Origin: an uncultured Nitrospiraceae bacterium
Lineage (GTDB): Bacteria > Nitrospirota > Thermodesulfovibrionia > Thermodesulfovibrionales > UBA6898
NCBI GenBank assembly: GCA_963811165.1
Contig: CAWEQH010000004.1
Location: 416,001 to 480,000, forward strand
DNA length: 64,000 bases
Reading direction: 5' to 3'
Positions 19,165-31,429 of the stretch are shown here, piece by piece (position 1 is the stretch's first letter; each line of letters starts with the position of its first letter). A program made the position numbers and the translations under genes. The notes under the pieces were generated by a model that saw nothing but the letters and a program-made list of their open reading frames with translations, searched no databases and was not told the DNA's origin.

Positions 19165-20244
19165 ATGGCTGATAAAACGGGTAAAAGACTTTCCTTTCTC
19201 GATCGCTTTCTTACCCTGTGGATATTTGCCGCAATGGCCTTCGGTGTCGGTCTGGGATATTTCATCCCCGGGACCGAGGATTTCATCAACAGCTTCCAGG
19301 TCGGTACCACTAACATCCCGATCGCCATCGGACTTATCCTCATGATGTATCCTCCTCTTGCAAAAGTGAAATACGAGGAACTCGGAGATGTCTTCAGGAA
19401 TAAAAAGGTGCTTGTCCTGTCACTCGTTCAAAACTGGGTCATCGGCCCGATACTCATGTTTTTCCTGGCGGTCATCTTTCTTCGCGGCTATCCGGAATAC
19501 ATGGTGGGACTTATCATGATAGGCCTTGCACGCTGTATTGCGATGGTCATTGTCTGGAACGACCTGGCCTGCGGCGACCCAGAGTATGCAGCCGGCCTGG
19601 TGGCTTTCAACTCGATATTCCAGGTCCTCTTCTTTTCCGTATATGCCTATGTCTTTATAACCGTCCTGCCGGCATGGTTCGGTCTCAAGGGAGCGGTTGT
19701 CAATGTCACGATCGGCCAAATCGCAAAGAGCGTCTTCATATATCTCGGAATTCCCTTCCTCGCAGGGATGATAACCCGATTCAGCATGCTCAAGATAAAG
19801 GGGCGTGAGTGGTATGAGAGGGTATTCATCCCGAAGATAAGCCCTGTTACTCTTATTTTTCTGCTTTTTACCATCGTCGTCATGTTCTCGCTTAAGGGCA
19901 ACTACATCGTCAGGCTGCCGCTGGACGTGGTCCGCGTGGCAATCCCGCTTCTTATCTATTTTGTAGTCATGTTCCTTGTCTCGTTTTATCTGGGAAAGAA
20001 GATCGGAGCGGATTATCCGAAGACCGCGACCCTCTCCTTTACTGCTGCAAGCAATAACTTCGAGCTGGCCATAGCGGTTGCTGTTGCCGTCTTCGGAATC
20101 AATTCGGGAGCTGCCTTTGCTGCAGTCATAGGCCCTCTCGTTGAAGTTCCGGTTTTAATCAGTCTGGTGAACGTTGCCCTATATTTCCAAAAAAAATATT
20201 TCACCATTGAATACTGCAGAGTAAAAGGTCTTAACACATCATAA
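19165..20244 (+). CDS. acr3: ACR3-family arsenite efflux transporter
   Basis: [36 protein letters not shown] and GPLVEVP motifs. Confidence 0.95.
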   Translation: MADKTGKRLSFLDRFLTLWIFAAMAFGVGLGYFIPGTEDFINSFQVGTTNIPIAIGLILMMYPPLAKVKYEELGDVFRNKKVLVLSLVQNWVIGPILMFFLAVIFLRGYPEYMVGLIMIGLARCIAMVIVWNDLACGDPEYAAGLVAFNSIFQVLFFSVYAYVFITVLPAWFGLKGAVVNVTIGQIAKSVFIYLGIPFLAGMITRFSMLKIKGREWYERVFIPKISPVTLIFLLFTIVVMFSLKGNYIVRLPLDVVRVAIPLLIYFVVMFLVSFYLGKKIGADYPKTATLSFTAASNNFELAIAVAVAVFGINSGAAFAAVIGPLVEVPVLISLVNVALYFQKKYFTIEYCRVKGLNTS

Positions 20245-20279
20245 ATGTTCAAAGAAAGACTATGGCATATGGAGGAGCA

Positions 20280-20660
20280 ATGAAACAAAGATTAATGCTT
20301 CTTGTTGTTCTGATAACTTTGTCGACCCTATGGGGATACAGCGATGCAGGTGAGGTGGACACTGTTTTGAGTAATGCAAAAAAGGATGGCAAAGCAGTTA
20401 TGCTTGAGCTGGGTTCAGTAGGCTGCATCCCCTGCGAGAAAATGAAACCGGTCATGGCAAAGCTAAGAACGAACTATGGAGGAAAACTGGAAGTTTTCTT
20501 TGTCGATGTCAGAATAAACCATGATACCGCACAACGATTCGGCGCCTACGTCATCCCGACGCAGGTGTTTCTTGACAAGAATGGCAGAGAGTTTCACCGG
20601 CATATCGGCTTTTATGGGTATGAGGAGATCGTCCCTGTTCTGAAGAAAGCGGGGATGTAA
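20280..20660 (+). CDS. Exported thioredoxin-family protein
   Basis: Signal peptide, CIPC active site, IPTQVF cis-Pro motif. Confidence 0.85.
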   Translation: MKQRLMLLVVLITLSTLWGYSDAGEVDTVLSNAKKDGKAVMLELGSVGCIPCEKMKPVMAKLRTNYGGKLEVFFVDVRINHDTAQRFGAYVIPTQVFLDKNGREFHRHIGFYGYEEIVPVLKKAGM

Positions 20661-20693
20661 GCATTGCATGCGGTCTGAATAGGAGAAAACAAG

Positions 20694-21410
20694 TTGAAAA
20701 TTGCAATTTTAGGTGATATCCATGGAAATATCGAGGCGCTGAAGGCCGTCTATGCCGAAACGTCGGCCAGGGGCGCAGATAAGATATACCATCTGGGCGA
20801 CCTTGGCGGTTATGCTCCCTTTGTAAATGAGGTGGTCGATTTTCTTATCGAACACAGCATTGAGGGAGTCCAGGGGAATTACGACGACACGGTTGCCAAT
20901 GACCGCGAACATTGCGGATGCAAATATGAAGATCCCATACAGGCCGAAATGGCGGAACTGGGATTTGAATGGACGAAGAATCACGCATTGCCGAAGAGCA
21001 AGGATTACATGAAAAATCTTCCTTTTGAAATCCAGCTCACTGTCGATGGGAAAAAGATCATCATTTTTCATGCAAGTCCGAAAAAGAATAATCTCTATTG
21101 GTATGAGGATAGGCCCGAGAAGTTCTTCAGAGAGATGGCTGAAAAGGTCGATGCCGACGTGTTTATCTACGGTCATACCCACAGACCGTATCGTAAGGAT
21201 CTCGACGGTAAAATCTTCATCAACGCCGGCAGTGTCGGGAAGCCGAAAGATGGCAATACACGGGCCTGCGTTACTTTGGTGGAGATAACTGGAGGGGATG
21301 TGAAGACCGAGTTTCTCAGGGTGCCATATGATGTCGAAAAGACAGCATCTGCAATAGTCGACAGTGGACTGCCCCTATACTTCGCGGAAAAACTCAGGGC
21401 AGGGAAATAG
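20694..21410 (+). CDS. Metallophosphoesterase (YfcE/calcineurin-like)
   Basis: DIHGN, LGDL, GNYD, GHTH and NAGSVG motifs. TTG start after AGGAG. Confidence 0.88.
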   Translation: MKIAILGDIHGNIEALKAVYAETSARGADKIYHLGDLGGYAPFVNEVVDFLIEHSIEGVQGNYDDTVANDREHCGCKYEDPIQAEMAELGFEWTKNHALPKSKDYMKNLPFEIQLTVDGKKIIIFHASPKKNNLYWYEDRPEKFFREMAEKVDADVFIYGHTHRPYRKDLDGKIFINAGSVGKPKDGNTRACVTLVEITGGDVKTEFLRVPYDVEKTASAIVDSGLPLYFAEKLRAGK

Positions 21411-21415
21411 GACCT

Positions 21416-22105
21416 ATGGAAGCCGTTTTCAGCAACATCCAGCATATCATCCAGGACCGACATGGTCTGGCGTTCGTTGCTGTACTTGTTGGCGGACTTA
21501 TCTCAGCGGCAAGCCCTTGCGTGCTGGCGGCGATACCTTTAATTATCGGCTATGTCGGTGGCTATTCAGAGGGAAATAAGAAAAAGGCTGCTCTTTATTC
21601 TCTCGTCTTTGTCCTTGGCCTTTCGATCACTTTTACCCTACTTGGCGCAGCGGCATCGGTCATGGGCCAGTTCCTGGGATTCATGGGGAAGTGGCTTTAT
21701 ATGGGGCTTGCCGTTGTTGCGATAGGAATGGGGCTTCAGCTCATGGGGATAGTATCGATCCCCATGCCATTCCAAAAAACACGGCAGGTTAAATCAAAGG
21801 GCCTTGCAGGCGCGTTTCTGCTCGGTTTATTGACCGGCACGGTGTCGTCCCCCTGCGCAACACCGGTGCTTGCGGTGATTCTCGCTTATGTATCTACGCA
21901 AGGAGATATCTTGTATGGCGGCTCGTTGCTCTTTGTCTATGCCCTCGGCCACTGCGCGCTTATATTTATTGCCGGACTATCTATCGGGTTCACTGAAAGT
22001 ATTGTCGGCTCAAGAGGCGTCAGAAACTTCTCACTTTACGCGAAAAGGTTCAGCGGAGCTTTACTTGTCATCGCGGGAATATATTTCGGCATAACGAATT
22101 CATGA
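21416..22105 (+). CDS. ccdA: CcdA/DsbD-family transmembrane disulfide reductant carrier
   Basis: SPCVL and SPCATP motifs; about 6 TM helices. Confidence 0.85.
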   Translation: MEAVFSNIQHIIQDRHGLAFVAVLVGGLISAASPCVLAAIPLIIGYVGGYSEGNKKKAALYSLVFVLGLSITFTLLGAAASVMGQFLGFMGKWLYMGLAVVAIGMGLQLMGIVSIPMPFQKTRQVKSKGLAGAFLLGLLTGTVSSPCATPVLAVILAYVSTQGDILYGGSLLFVYALGHCALIFIAGLSIGFTESIVGSRGVRNFSLYAKRFSGALLVIAGIYFGITNS

Positions 22106-22235
22106 GAGATCATATATGAAAAGGTTCTCAATTATTTGCAGGTGCTGGTGGCACGGAGGATAGCGGGTGCAGGTCTCCTTTAGTTTCTCCCGTTATCAAC
22201 GGGACAATTACGGATAGTTTTAAGGAGGACTTGCA

Positions 22236-22844
22236 ATGAAAGAATTCAAGGAATATCTTGATGTTGCCTGGGAGTTCCACGGCCACAGGTGTCCCGCCAT
22301 GCCGATGGGACTAAAAGCTGGACTTGCTGCGATGAAGGTGCTTGGCGTTGAGCGGTCAAAGGACAAGGAGCTTTTTGTGGAAGCTGAAACCGGTAAGGGA
22401 CATGCTGCGGGTTGTTTCCTTGACGGCATCATGACCGCCACCGGCTGCACTTACGGAAAATCGAACATCCAGAAGCTCTATTACAACAAGATGGCTTTTA
22501 CCCTCATTGACGCAAAAAGTGGAAAAGCGGTGAGGGTTTCGCTCAAACCAGAGTTCTTCGAAAAGGCCCTTAACTCTCCCTTTGTCCAGGAAAGAAAGAA
22601 GGGCGTGCCGCCACAGGAGATTCCCGCTGCTATCACGGACCCTCTTATAGACCGGGTTCTGGGCCTTCCTGAATCCGAATTCCTGAATATCAGTGATGTA
22701 TTCCAGAGAGATATGAAAAAGGGATCTGCCAACTTTGAGGTCAAACGGTGCGCGAAATGCGGCGAGGCAGTATTTACCGACAAACTGACAACTGCTTCGG
22801 ATGGACAGATGCTCTGCATCCCCTGCGCTGAGGCCGGGAAATAG
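22236..22844 (+). CDS. FmdE-family protein with C-terminal Zn finger
   Basis: FHGHRCP, CFLDG...TGCTYGK, CAKCGE...CIPC. Confidence 0.85.
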   Translation: MKEFKEYLDVAWEFHGHRCPAMPMGLKAGLAAMKVLGVERSKDKELFVEAETGKGHAAGCFLDGIMTATGCTYGKSNIQKLYYNKMAFTLIDAKSGKAVRVSLKPEFFEKALNSPFVQERKKGVPPQEIPAAITDPLIDRVLGLPESEFLNISDVFQRDMKKGSANFEVKRCAKCGEAVFTDKLTTASDGQMLCIPCAEAGK

Positions 22845-22882
22845 AGGACAGGGCTTCGGCCCTGCTTTCTCTCTGAGACGAT

Positions 22883-23632
22883 ATGGAAACGCTCCTGGCA
22901 GCCGCGTCGCTGGTCTTTCTGTTTACGACCGTGTTGACGATAGCAGGGGTCGGCTCAGCGTTCATCGTGATCCCGACTTTCTACTGGCTCGGCGTTCCTC
23001 TGACCGAGGCCATGGCTATTGGTCTGCTGTTGAACGCCATCAGCATGACGTTTGCATCGGTCAACTATATTCGCTACAACCTCGTTCTGTTTCGCACTGC
23101 CGTGCCTATCATCGCGCTTGCAGTTGTATTCTCTCCTCTGGGCGCCTGGTCAACGCGGTTTTTTCCGAAAAATGTGCTCATACTTCTATTCGTCCTCTTT
23201 CTTGTCTTCGCAGCGACGATGATGCTCTTTTACAAGCCGAAGAAGAAAGAGGAAGGTCCGTTGTCCGGAGGAAAGGAATTAAAGACCGGAATCGGATTGG
23301 GCATTGGGGCGGGATATCTCGGCGGACTCCTCGGCGTGGGCGGAGGAAACTTCATAGTCCCTGCCCTCGTGTGGCTTGGAATTGATCCCAAGAAGGCATC
23401 GGCCACTACGGCCTTCATCGTTGTCTTCTCGTCGCTCTCGGGTTTTTTCGGCCATACTGCAATGGGAACGATCAACTGGAACCTGCTTGCATTCGCGGCT
23501 GTCGGCTCAGTCGCGGGCGCTATGGCGGGCTCGTGGCTTATGCACAAAAAGCTCGATGCCAATCAGGTAAAAAAGGTAATCGGCATAGTCCTCTACGTCA
23601 TAGCAGCAAAGATGGCGTGGGGATTGTTATGA
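22883..23632 (+). CDS. TauE/SafE-family (TSUP) membrane transporter
   Basis: GLLGVGGG and KKASAT motifs; about 8 TM helices. Confidence 0.88.
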   Translation: METLLAAASLVFLFTTVLTIAGVGSAFIVIPTFYWLGVPLTEAMAIGLLLNAISMTFASVNYIRYNLVLFRTAVPIIALAVVFSPLGAWSTRFFPKNVLILLFVLFLVFAATMMLFYKPKKKEEGPLSGGKELKTGIGLGIGAGYLGGLLGVGGGNFIVPALVWLGIDPKKASATTAFIVVFSSLSGFFGHTAMGTINWNLLAFAAVGSVAGAMAGSWLMHKKLDANQVKKVIGIVLYVIAAKMAWGLL

Positions 23633-23673
23633 GGTATATAAAAGCAACTATCATCCGGCTCAAGGAGGTATTT

Positions 23674-24126
23674 ATGAGATCAAAGACACTTGTGAAAGTA
23701 GTAGTAGTTTTCACAATAATTTTAACCTCTTCCATGGCCTTTGCGGCCTGGAGTGGCTGGCGTGGAAGCGGCGGCTGGGGCATGGGCTCGCAGTATAACA
23801 GGATGTACGACCCTGCAACAGTCGAAACCATTACGGGCACAGTTGAATCAGTGGACAAGGTTACCCCGAGGAAAGGAATGTATTATGGCATTCATCTGAT
23901 GGTCAAGACCGATAAAGAAACAATTCCGGTCGACTTAGGCCCGGGCTGGTACATTGAACGGCTCGATACGAAGATCGAAAAAGGCGACAAGATCGAGGTC
24001 AAAGGTTCGCGGGTGACCTTCTCAGGCAAGCCGGCAATTATTGCGGCAGAAGTAAAAAAGGGAGACGATACCCTTGTGCTAAGAGACAGCGCCGGCATCC
24101 CTGCCTGGTCTGGCTGGAGAAGGTAG
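23674..24126 (+). CDS. Exported OB-fold-like protein (YDPxTVETI...LGPxWY type)
   Basis: Signal peptide, Gly/Trp-rich linker, SD AAGGAGG. Confidence 0.7.
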   Translation: MRSKTLVKVVVVFTIILTSSMAFAAWSGWRGSGGWGMGSQYNRMYDPATVETITGTVESVDKVTPRKGMYYGIHLMVKTDKETIPVDLGPGWYIERLDTKIEKGDKIEVKGSRVTFSGKPAIIAAEVKKGDDTLVLRDSAGIPAWSGWRR

Positions 24127-24142
24127 GAGGAAGTATAACAGG

Positions 24143-24180
24143 AGAGGCCCTGTTTCGAGCCGGAGGCAGGGCCTCTTTCC
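24143..24180 (+). terminator. Probable intrinsic terminator/hairpin
   Basis: AGAGGCCCTG...CAGGGCCTCT stem followed by TT. Confidence 0.45.
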
Positions 24181-24201
24181 CATTACAATATGGAGGTTTT
24201 A

Positions 24202-24924
24202 GTGAAACGGTTCATAATCATAATTAGCATATTGCTCGCTGTTATGAGTGCATTTATATCGAACGCAGCAGAAGATACAAACCCCGAGTGGTATTTCCCC
24301 GAATGGCTCGGGACCGCACTATACGCCCCTATCTTTAAAGTTAGGGACACGGAGAATAAATATGGTCGCTATGCCTCGAATACAAAAGTAGTAACCATCA
24401 AAGACCTTATTAAGTTCCATGGCCATTCCTGTGGAGGGCTTGTCGAAAGCGCGGCCTCTCTTAGAGTTGCCTTCGATATGCTCTTTTTTGACAGCATTGT
24501 TGACCGCACAGACCTGCGAATTGTTTCCAACAATTCTGCCTGCGGCGGTGATGTGGCGGCTTATCTTACCGGTGCACGGACGCGGTTTAATAGTCATATC
24601 ATAGACAATTCACTGACCGAGAGCGAGTTCTACGTTCAACAAATGTCGACCGATAAAACCATTCATGTCAAACTCGACCCTGCCGTCTACCCAAAAGAGG
24701 TCAAGACCCAGATGAAAAAAATAGAATCGGGAACGTATGCGCCAAGAGATATTGACCTATTTCAGGAACTCCAGTGGGCTTACGCAAAGCGAATGGTAAC
24801 TAAGCCGCTCAAAGAGTCATTCATAGTTGAAGAAGTTAAAGACTATAAATGGCCGGATCCCTCATGTAGGGACTTGGGCAAAAGGAAAGATAATGATTAT
24901 AAAAATGTGCCTGGGAGTAACTGA
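24202..24924 (+). CDS. Exported FmdE-family protein
   Basis: Signal peptide; FHGHSCGG and NNSACGGD motifs. GTG start after GGAGG. Confidence 0.7.
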   Translation: MKRFIIIISILLAVMSAFISNAAEDTNPEWYFPEWLGTALYAPIFKVRDTENKYGRYASNTKVVTIKDLIKFHGHSCGGLVESAASLRVAFDMLFFDSIVDRTDLRIVSNNSACGGDVAAYLTGARTRFNSHIIDNSLTESEFYVQQMSTDKTIHVKLDPAVYPKEVKTQMKKIESGTYAPRDIDLFQELQWAYAKRMVTKPLKESFIVEEVKDYKWPDPSCRDLGKRKDNDYKNVPGSN

Positions 24925-24927
24925 CGC

Positions 24928-25191
24928 ATGATCGGGACAATATATAAGACATCGAAATCAGACGCTCAACTCGCCGGACTACTGAATGAGGCAAGAGAAT
25001 ACGCACATATCTATGCGCTTGCGAGACAGAGACAAAAGGGCTGTGACGGCATGGGTGAATTGGCAACCATGAAGGAAGAATTCAGGGATGTCGTTGATAA
25101 GGTGATACACTATGCTCAAGAGAAGAAATATATTTCTCAGGACGTATCATACGATATTGATTCGGTTGCCGACGAGATTAAGAGGTTATGA
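24928..25191 (+). CDS. Hypothetical protein (87 aa)
   Basis: Tightly packed between co-oriented genes. Confidence 0.65.
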   Translation: MIGTIYKTSKSDAQLAGLLNEAREYAHIYALARQRQKGCDGMGELATMKEEFRDVVDKVIHYAQEKKYISQDVSYDIDSVADEIKRL

Positions 25192-25195
25192 TTAG

Positions 25196-25912
25196 ATGTC
25201 TTTGCTTGAAATCAAAGGGCTTGCATACAAAACCGGTGGTAAAATAATTCTCGATGATTTTTCGTTGACGGTAAGTACATCGGAAGTCCACGCCCTTCTC
25301 GGCACAAACGGAACCGGAAAAAGCACCCTTGCCTATCTTGTCATGGGCTGTGAAGGATACAATCCAACATCCGGGGAAATAGTATTTGACAGCAGAGTGA
25401 TCAATGACCTCAAGATTCATGAAAGGGCACATCTCGGCATAACTATGGCCTGGCAGGAGCCGGTAAGGTTCGAGGGGATATCGGTTAGGGACTATCTGAC
25501 GCTCAATAATAAGGATGTCGATCCGGCTCATTATATCGGGATGGTTGGGCTTCATCCTGAGCTTTATCTGCACAGGATGGTCGACAAGTCACTGAGCGGT
25601 GGGGAGAGAAAGAGGATTGAGCTTGCATCCATACTTGCACTTCATCCAAAACTTGCCATCCTCGATGAGCCTGACTCGGGTATCGATATGCTCTCCACTC
25701 AGGATATTGTCAATGTTATCAACGCATTCAAAGAACATGGTTCCTCTGTGCTGCTCATTACCCATCGCGAGGAGATTGTCATAATTGCAGATAAGGCATC
25801 GCAGATATGCAATGGCAAAGTAGTTTGTTCAGGTAGCCCTGCGAAGGTAGCCGAATACTACAAGTCGAGAAAATGCCTCGTATGCGATGGAGAGGTATGC
25901 GCTTATGTCTGA
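25196..25912 (+). CDS. sufC: SufC/SmsC-type ABC ATPase for Fe-S assembly
   Basis: GTNGTGKST, LSGGERKRIE and DEPDSG motifs; C-terminal C...CLVC Cys cluster. Confidence 0.88.
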   Translation: MSLLEIKGLAYKTGGKIILDDFSLTVSTSEVHALLGTNGTGKSTLAYLVMGCEGYNPTSGEIVFDSRVINDLKIHERAHLGITMAWQEPVRFEGISVRDYLTLNNKDVDPAHYIGMVGLHPELYLHRMVDKSLSGGERKRIELASILALHPKLAILDEPDSGIDMLSTQDIVNVINAFKEHGSSVLLITHREEIVIIADKASQICNGKVVCSGSPAKVAEYYKSRKCLVCDGEVCAYV

Positions 25913-26840
25913 TCTCAGTGCATTAATGAAGGCATTGGGTGAAGCCGGCGGCGATAAGGCTATTCTTGAAAATAATGAGGTAGCGCATCTTGCTGTGGAC
26001 GGGCATAAATTGTTGAGTATGAACAGCGTTGAAGGCCTCGACGTTGACGCAAAAGAGACGATGACAGGAATCAGCGCTAAGGTTACTGTGAAGGAAGGAG
26101 TAAAGTTAAAGAACCCTGTGCATCTCTGCTTCGGAGTGCTTCATAAGAAGGGTGCGCAGAAGATTAAGATGGATGTGAGACTCGAAAAGAATGCAACAGC
26201 TCATTTCATAGCACACTGCATATTTCCGAATGCTGAGAAGGTACGGCATATCATGGACGCAGTGGTTGATATCGGAGAAGGCGCAGAGATGAGATACTCT
26301 GAAACGCATTATCACGGGCTTTACGGAGGCATTGAGGTCATCCCGAAATCAATCGTAAAGATCGGAAAGGATGGTCGCTACTTTACGGATTTCACCCTGA
26401 CCACGGGAAGGGTCGGACAACTCCGCATGGACTATACGGTTGAGGCCGGAGAAAACGCTGTAACCGAGTTGACAGCCCGGGTTTTCGGACATGCTAACGA
26501 CGATATAAATATAAAGGAAAGAGTCGTTTTGGCGGGTAAAAATGCGCGAAGTATTATAAAAACCAGGGTTGCCATCGAAGACGATGCACAAGCTGAAGTC
26601 ACCGGTATTACCGAAGGGCGTGCAGAAGGTGCCAGGGGCCATGTGGACTGCATGGAGATTGTTAAAGACAGGGCAGTAGCAAAGGCGATTCCGATTGTGA
26701 ATGTCAGCAATCCCCTGGCAAAAGTGACCCATGAAGCTGCCATCGGTAGCGTTGACAAACGCCAGATGGAGACACTCATGGCACATGGATTAACGCCTGA
26801 AGCGGCGGTGGATGTGATTGTAAAAGGGATACTCCGCTAA
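25905..26840 (+). CDS. sufB: SufB/SmsB-family Fe-S scaffold protein
   Basis: PVHLCFG, GHVDC and THEAAIGSV motifs. Confidence 0.88.
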   Translation: MSDLSALMKALGEAGGDKAILENNEVAHLAVDGHKLLSMNSVEGLDVDAKETMTGISAKVTVKEGVKLKNPVHLCFGVLHKKGAQKIKMDVRLEKNATAHFIAHCIFPNAEKVRHIMDAVVDIGEGAEMRYSETHYHGLYGGIEVIPKSIVKIGKDGRYFTDFTLTTGRVGQLRMDYTVEAGENAVTELTARVFGHANDDINIKERVVLAGKNARSIIKTRVAIEDDAQAEVTGITEGRAEGARGHVDCMEIVKDRAVAKAIPIVNVSNPLAKVTHEAAIGSVDKRQMETLMAHGLTPEAAVDVIVKGILR

Positions 26841-27305
26841 TTTTCTTTACTGCAAAGTGGCCTTGTGGCTGCTATAAACGCTTCCGGGTTTTTTGTCCCT
26901 GGTTTGTTCCTGATCACTTTTTGCATTTGCGGCTGTCTCTTCTCGCTGCATTTTTCCTTCCTCTTTTTTTGCATTATTTTTTTTAGGATGTCGTCCAGAT
27001 CGCCCATAGATACTCCTCGGTTGTGTTCTATTGTTTAATCCCGGTAGTAATTTATATTTTGCGGGAAACTTTGTAGAGCGAGGTTACAAGGAAAAGACTC
27101 GCAGATGGCATAGGCGGAATGCGGAGCTCGGAGCGTGTAGGGCAGTATCTCTCTTCTTCGATATTACCGAACGGATTTTTCGCAAAATCTTTGGATTTTT
27201 TTGATGCCCCTTTACGGCTTCCGCCACCTGAACTGCCGCCGGCATAATCTTCCGCGGTCGGATAAACCCGGCAAACATGACAGAAAACGGAGATGATTAT
27301 TTGTG

Positions 27306-27315
27306 ACAATATTGT
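27306..27315. promoter_or_regulatory. Candidate upstream activator site ACAATATTGT (nifH)
   Basis: Perfect 10-bp palindrome 87 bp before the -24 element. An identical copy sits at identical spacing upstream of nifB. Confidence 0.55.
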
Positions 27316-27392
27316 TTCGAAGATGACATTGTTGTCTTCAGCGGAAATTGTCGTTCCTATGCGGATCCGCGCCGTTACTGGGTCTTCTGGGT

Positions 27393-27408
27393 TGGCACGC
27401 CTGTTGCT
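27393..27408 (+). promoter_or_regulatory. sigma54 promoter of the nifH operon
   Basis: TGGCACGCCTGTTGCT matches TGGCAC-N5-TTGCW. Confidence 0.85.
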
Positions 27409-27423
27409 CAATAGCTGGTGTAA

Positions 27424-28287
<864 letters not shown>

Positions 28288-28430
28288 AAACGGTGAACAG
28301 TCAGCGTAAGGGAGTTAAATAAGATGAAAATTATCGGGTATACAGCAGTGAAGAGGATCTGTACCAGCAAAATCCGTGGTATTCACCATGGTCACTAACA
28401 CTCACCATACACTTATTGAGAGGAGGAAAG

Positions 28431-29858
28431 ATGAGCAATGCCATAAAAGACACTCAGAAAATGATAGAGGAAGTCCTCGATAAATATCCGGAGAAGGCGA
28501 GGAAGGAGAGGGCCAAACACCTTGCGGCAAATGATCCTACTGGAAAGTGCAGCACCTGTAAGGTGAAATCGAATGTGAAATCCAGGCCCGGTGTTATGAC
28601 GGTCCGCGGCTGCGCATACGCAGGCGCAAAGGGTGTTGTCTGGGGACCCGTAAAAGACCAGATAACGATCAGCCACGGCCCGGTCGGATGCGGACAGTAC
28701 AGTTGGTGGGCGAGGAGAAATTATTACAACGGAATAACGGGTGTAGACACATTCGGCACGATGCATATAACCACGGATTTCCAGGAGAAGGACATTGTCT
28801 ACGGAGGCGACAAGGGACTCGATGCGGCCCTTCATGAGCTGAAAGAACTCTTTCCTCTGGCAAAGGGCATCGGTATCCTTTCTGAATGCCCGGTAGGTCT
28901 TATCGGGGACGATATCGAGGCGGTATCGAAGAGGGTTGAGAAGGAATTCGGCATCCCGATAGTCCCTGTGCGCTGCGAAGGCTTCAGGGGAGTGAGCCAG
29001 TCTCTCGGCCATCATATTGCGAACGATACGATCAGGGACTATGTCTTGGGCAAGGGTAAACTCGAAAAATCTACGCCTTACGATGTGGCGCTCATCGGCG
29101 ATTACAACATAGGCGGGGACGCCTGGGCTTCGAGGAAGATGCTTGAAGAGATGGGGCTCAGGGTGATCGCGCAGTGGACCGGGGATGCATCCGTCAATGA
29201 GCTGGGCATAGCTACGAAGTCAAAGCTTAACCTGATCCACTGCTATCGCTCTATGAACTATATTTGCAGGCATATGGAAGAGGAGTACGGCATTCCTTGG
29301 GAGGAGTTCAATTTCTTCGGTCCCACGAAGATATATGCCAGTATAAGAAAGATCGCTTCCCATTTCGATGACCACATCAAGGAGAATGCGGAGAAGATGA
29401 TCGAAAAATACAAGCCGGTGATGGATGCGGTGATCGAGCAGTATAAGCCGAAACTCGAGGGCAAGAAGGTGATGCTCTATGTCGGAGGACTTAGGCCGCG
29501 GCATACCGTGGGCGCTTATGAAGATCTTGGAATGGAGATAATCGCCTCGGGATATGAATTCGGCCATAACGATGACTACAACAGGACCTATCCTGTGATG
29601 AAAGAGGGTGCCGTGATCATGGATGACGCCACCCTATATGAATTAGAGGAGTTCACGAGGAGGATGAAGCCCGATATGGTGGGCGCAGGGATAAAGGAAA
29701 AATATTCCTATCACAAAATGGGCGTGCCGTTCCGCCAGATGCATTCATGGGATTACTCGGGCCCTTACCACGGCTTCGACGGGTTCCCGGTCTTTGCCAG
29801 GGACATGGACATGACGGTCAACAACCCGTCGTGGAATTTGATACGGAGGAAGAAATGA
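28431..29858 (+). CDS. nifD: Nitrogenase MoFe protein alpha chain
   Basis: RGCAYAG, GPVGC, ECP, HCYRS and MHSWDY ligand motifs. Confidence 0.97.
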   Translation: MSNAIKDTQKMIEEVLDKYPEKARKERAKHLAANDPTGKCSTCKVKSNVKSRPGVMTVRGCAYAGAKGVVWGPVKDQITISHGPVGCGQYSWWARRNYYNGITGVDTFGTMHITTDFQEKDIVYGGDKGLDAALHELKELFPLAKGIGILSECPVGLIGDDIEAVSKRVEKEFGIPIVPVRCEGFRGVSQSLGHHIANDTIRDYVLGKGKLEKSTPYDVALIGDYNIGGDAWASRKMLEEMGLRVIAQWTGDASVNELGIATKSKLNLIHCYRSMNYICRHMEEEYGIPWEEFNFFGPTKIYASIRKIASHFDDHIKENAEKMIEKYKPVMDAVIEQYKPKLEGKKVMLYVGGLRPRHTVGAYEDLGMEIIASGYEFGHNDDYNRTYPVMKEGAVIMDDATLYELEEFTRRMKPDMVGAGIKEKYSYHKMGVPFRQMHSWDYSGPYHGFDGFPVFARDMDMTVNNPSWNLIRRKK

Positions 29859-31369
29859 AAACGATAAAGATCAAAGACCATAATGAGCTCTTCCAGGAGA
29901 AGGAGTATCAGGACCAGTTCGAAAATAAAAGGGAGTTCGAGGCCCCCTGGCCGAAGGAAAAGGTGAGGGAGATCGCCGAATGGACGAAGACCCTTGAATA
30001 TCAGGAAAGGAACTTTGCCAGGAAGAATATAAAGATAAACCCTGCAAAGGCCTGCCAGCCCCTCGGGGCGATCTTCTGTTCGTCGGGTTTTGCCGGGACT
30101 ATGCCCTTTGTTCAGGGCGCGCAGGGCTGCGTGGCCTATTTCAGAAGCCATCTCAACAGGCACTTCAAAGAGCCGATGGCGGCCATCTCCTCTTCAATGA
30201 CGGAAGATGCGGCGGTATTTGGCGGGCTGAACAACATGCTCGAAGGGCTCGAAAACGCATATACACTCTATCACCCGAAGATGGTTGCGGTATGCACAAC
30301 CTGCATGGCCGAGGTGATCGGAGACGATCTGAACGCCTATATAAGGACGGCAAAGGAAAAAGAGCTGATACCGAAGGACCTGCCGGTCCCCTTTGCGCAT
30401 ACACCGAGCTTTGTCGGTTCGTACGTGAACGGTTACGACAATATGATGAAAGGTATCCTTTCTTCCGTCACCGCAGGCAAGAAGGGCGAACCTAATGGAA
30501 AGATCAACGTCATCATGGGATTCGATACCTACACCGGCGATTACCATGAGATAAAGAGGCTGCTTACGATTATGGGCGTGGATTTTACGCTTCTATCGGA
30601 CGCCAGCGCAATTTTCGATTCGCCCAATACAGGCGAGTATAAGCTCTATCCCGGCGGCACTCCGCTTGAGGACGCGATGGATTCGATAAACGCCAGCGCC
30701 ACCGTCGCCCTTCAGCAGTATTCGACGTTTAAGACGATGGATTACATCCAGAAGGAATGGAGCCAGAAGACGCTGGCGCTTTCGCCCATAGGAGTAAGGA
30801 ACACCGACTCCTTTTTTGAACAGGTGAGCAAGCTGACGGGAAGGCCGATACCCCAGGAGATAGAAGATGAACGCGGAAGGGCTGTCGATGCGATGGTCGA
30901 CTCGCACCCGTATATCCACGGAAAGAGGTTCGCCCTTGTGGGAGACCCGGACACGCTGTTGGGCCTTGTGAGTTTTCTGATGGAGATGGGCGGAACGCCT
31001 GTCCATATCGTCTGCTCAATGGGAGACAAGAAATTCGAAGAAGATATGCAGGCCCTCCTTGACTCAAGCCCTTTCGGAAGCGAGGCGAAGGTGTATTCGG
31101 GCAAGGACATGTGGCATTTGAGGTCGCTTATGTTTACCGACCCCGTGGACCTGCTCATAGGCAACTCGTATGCGAAATTTTTGTGGCGGGACACGGGTAC
31201 GCCGCTTGTGAGGATCGGGTTCCCGCTTTTCGACAGGCACCATCTGCACAGATATCCGATCATCGGCTATCAGGGCGTCTTAAATCTGGTGACCATGATC
31301 GTAAACACTGTCCTTGACGAGATGGACAGAAAGACGATGAATACCACGAGTTTTGATGTGATACGGTGA
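29855..31369 (+). CDS. nifK: Nitrogenase MoFe protein beta chain
   Basis: [27 protein letters not shown] and FDRHHLHR motifs. ATGA overlap with nifD. Confidence 0.97.
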   Translation: MKTIKIKDHNELFQEKEYQDQFENKREFEAPWPKEKVREIAEWTKTLEYQERNFARKNIKINPAKACQPLGAIFCSSGFAGTMPFVQGAQGCVAYFRSHLNRHFKEPMAAISSSMTEDAAVFGGLNNMLEGLENAYTLYHPKMVAVCTTCMAEVIGDDLNAYIRTAKEKELIPKDLPVPFAHTPSFVGSYVNGYDNMMKGILSSVTAGKKGEPNGKINVIMGFDTYTGDYHEIKRLLTIMGVDFTLLSDASAIFDSPNTGEYKLYPGGTPLEDAMDSINASATVALQQYSTFKTMDYIQKEWSQKTLALSPIGVRNTDSFFEQVSKLTGRPIPQEIEDERGRAVDAMVDSHPYIHGKRFALVGDPDTLLGLVSFLMEMGGTPVHIVCSMGDKKFEEDMQALLDSSPFGSEAKVYSGKDMWHLRSLMFTDPVDLLIGNSYAKFLWRDTGTPLVRIGFPLFDRHHLHRYPIIGYQGVLNLVTMIVNTVLDEMDRKTMNTTSFDVIR

Positions 31370-31429
31370 GCGAGGCAAACATTTTATGAGTGTACTGGAT
31401 GTGTATTTAGTATGTAAGTATTTAAGCCT

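Noticed and set aside
23674..24126. Magnetosome gene (MamS/MamX-like OB domain)
   Set aside because: No other magnetosome genes are present, and this domain type is widespread.
27072..27088. TGT-N11-ACA as a NifA UAS
   Set aside because: Spacing is 11, not 10, and it is not repeated at the nifB promoter.
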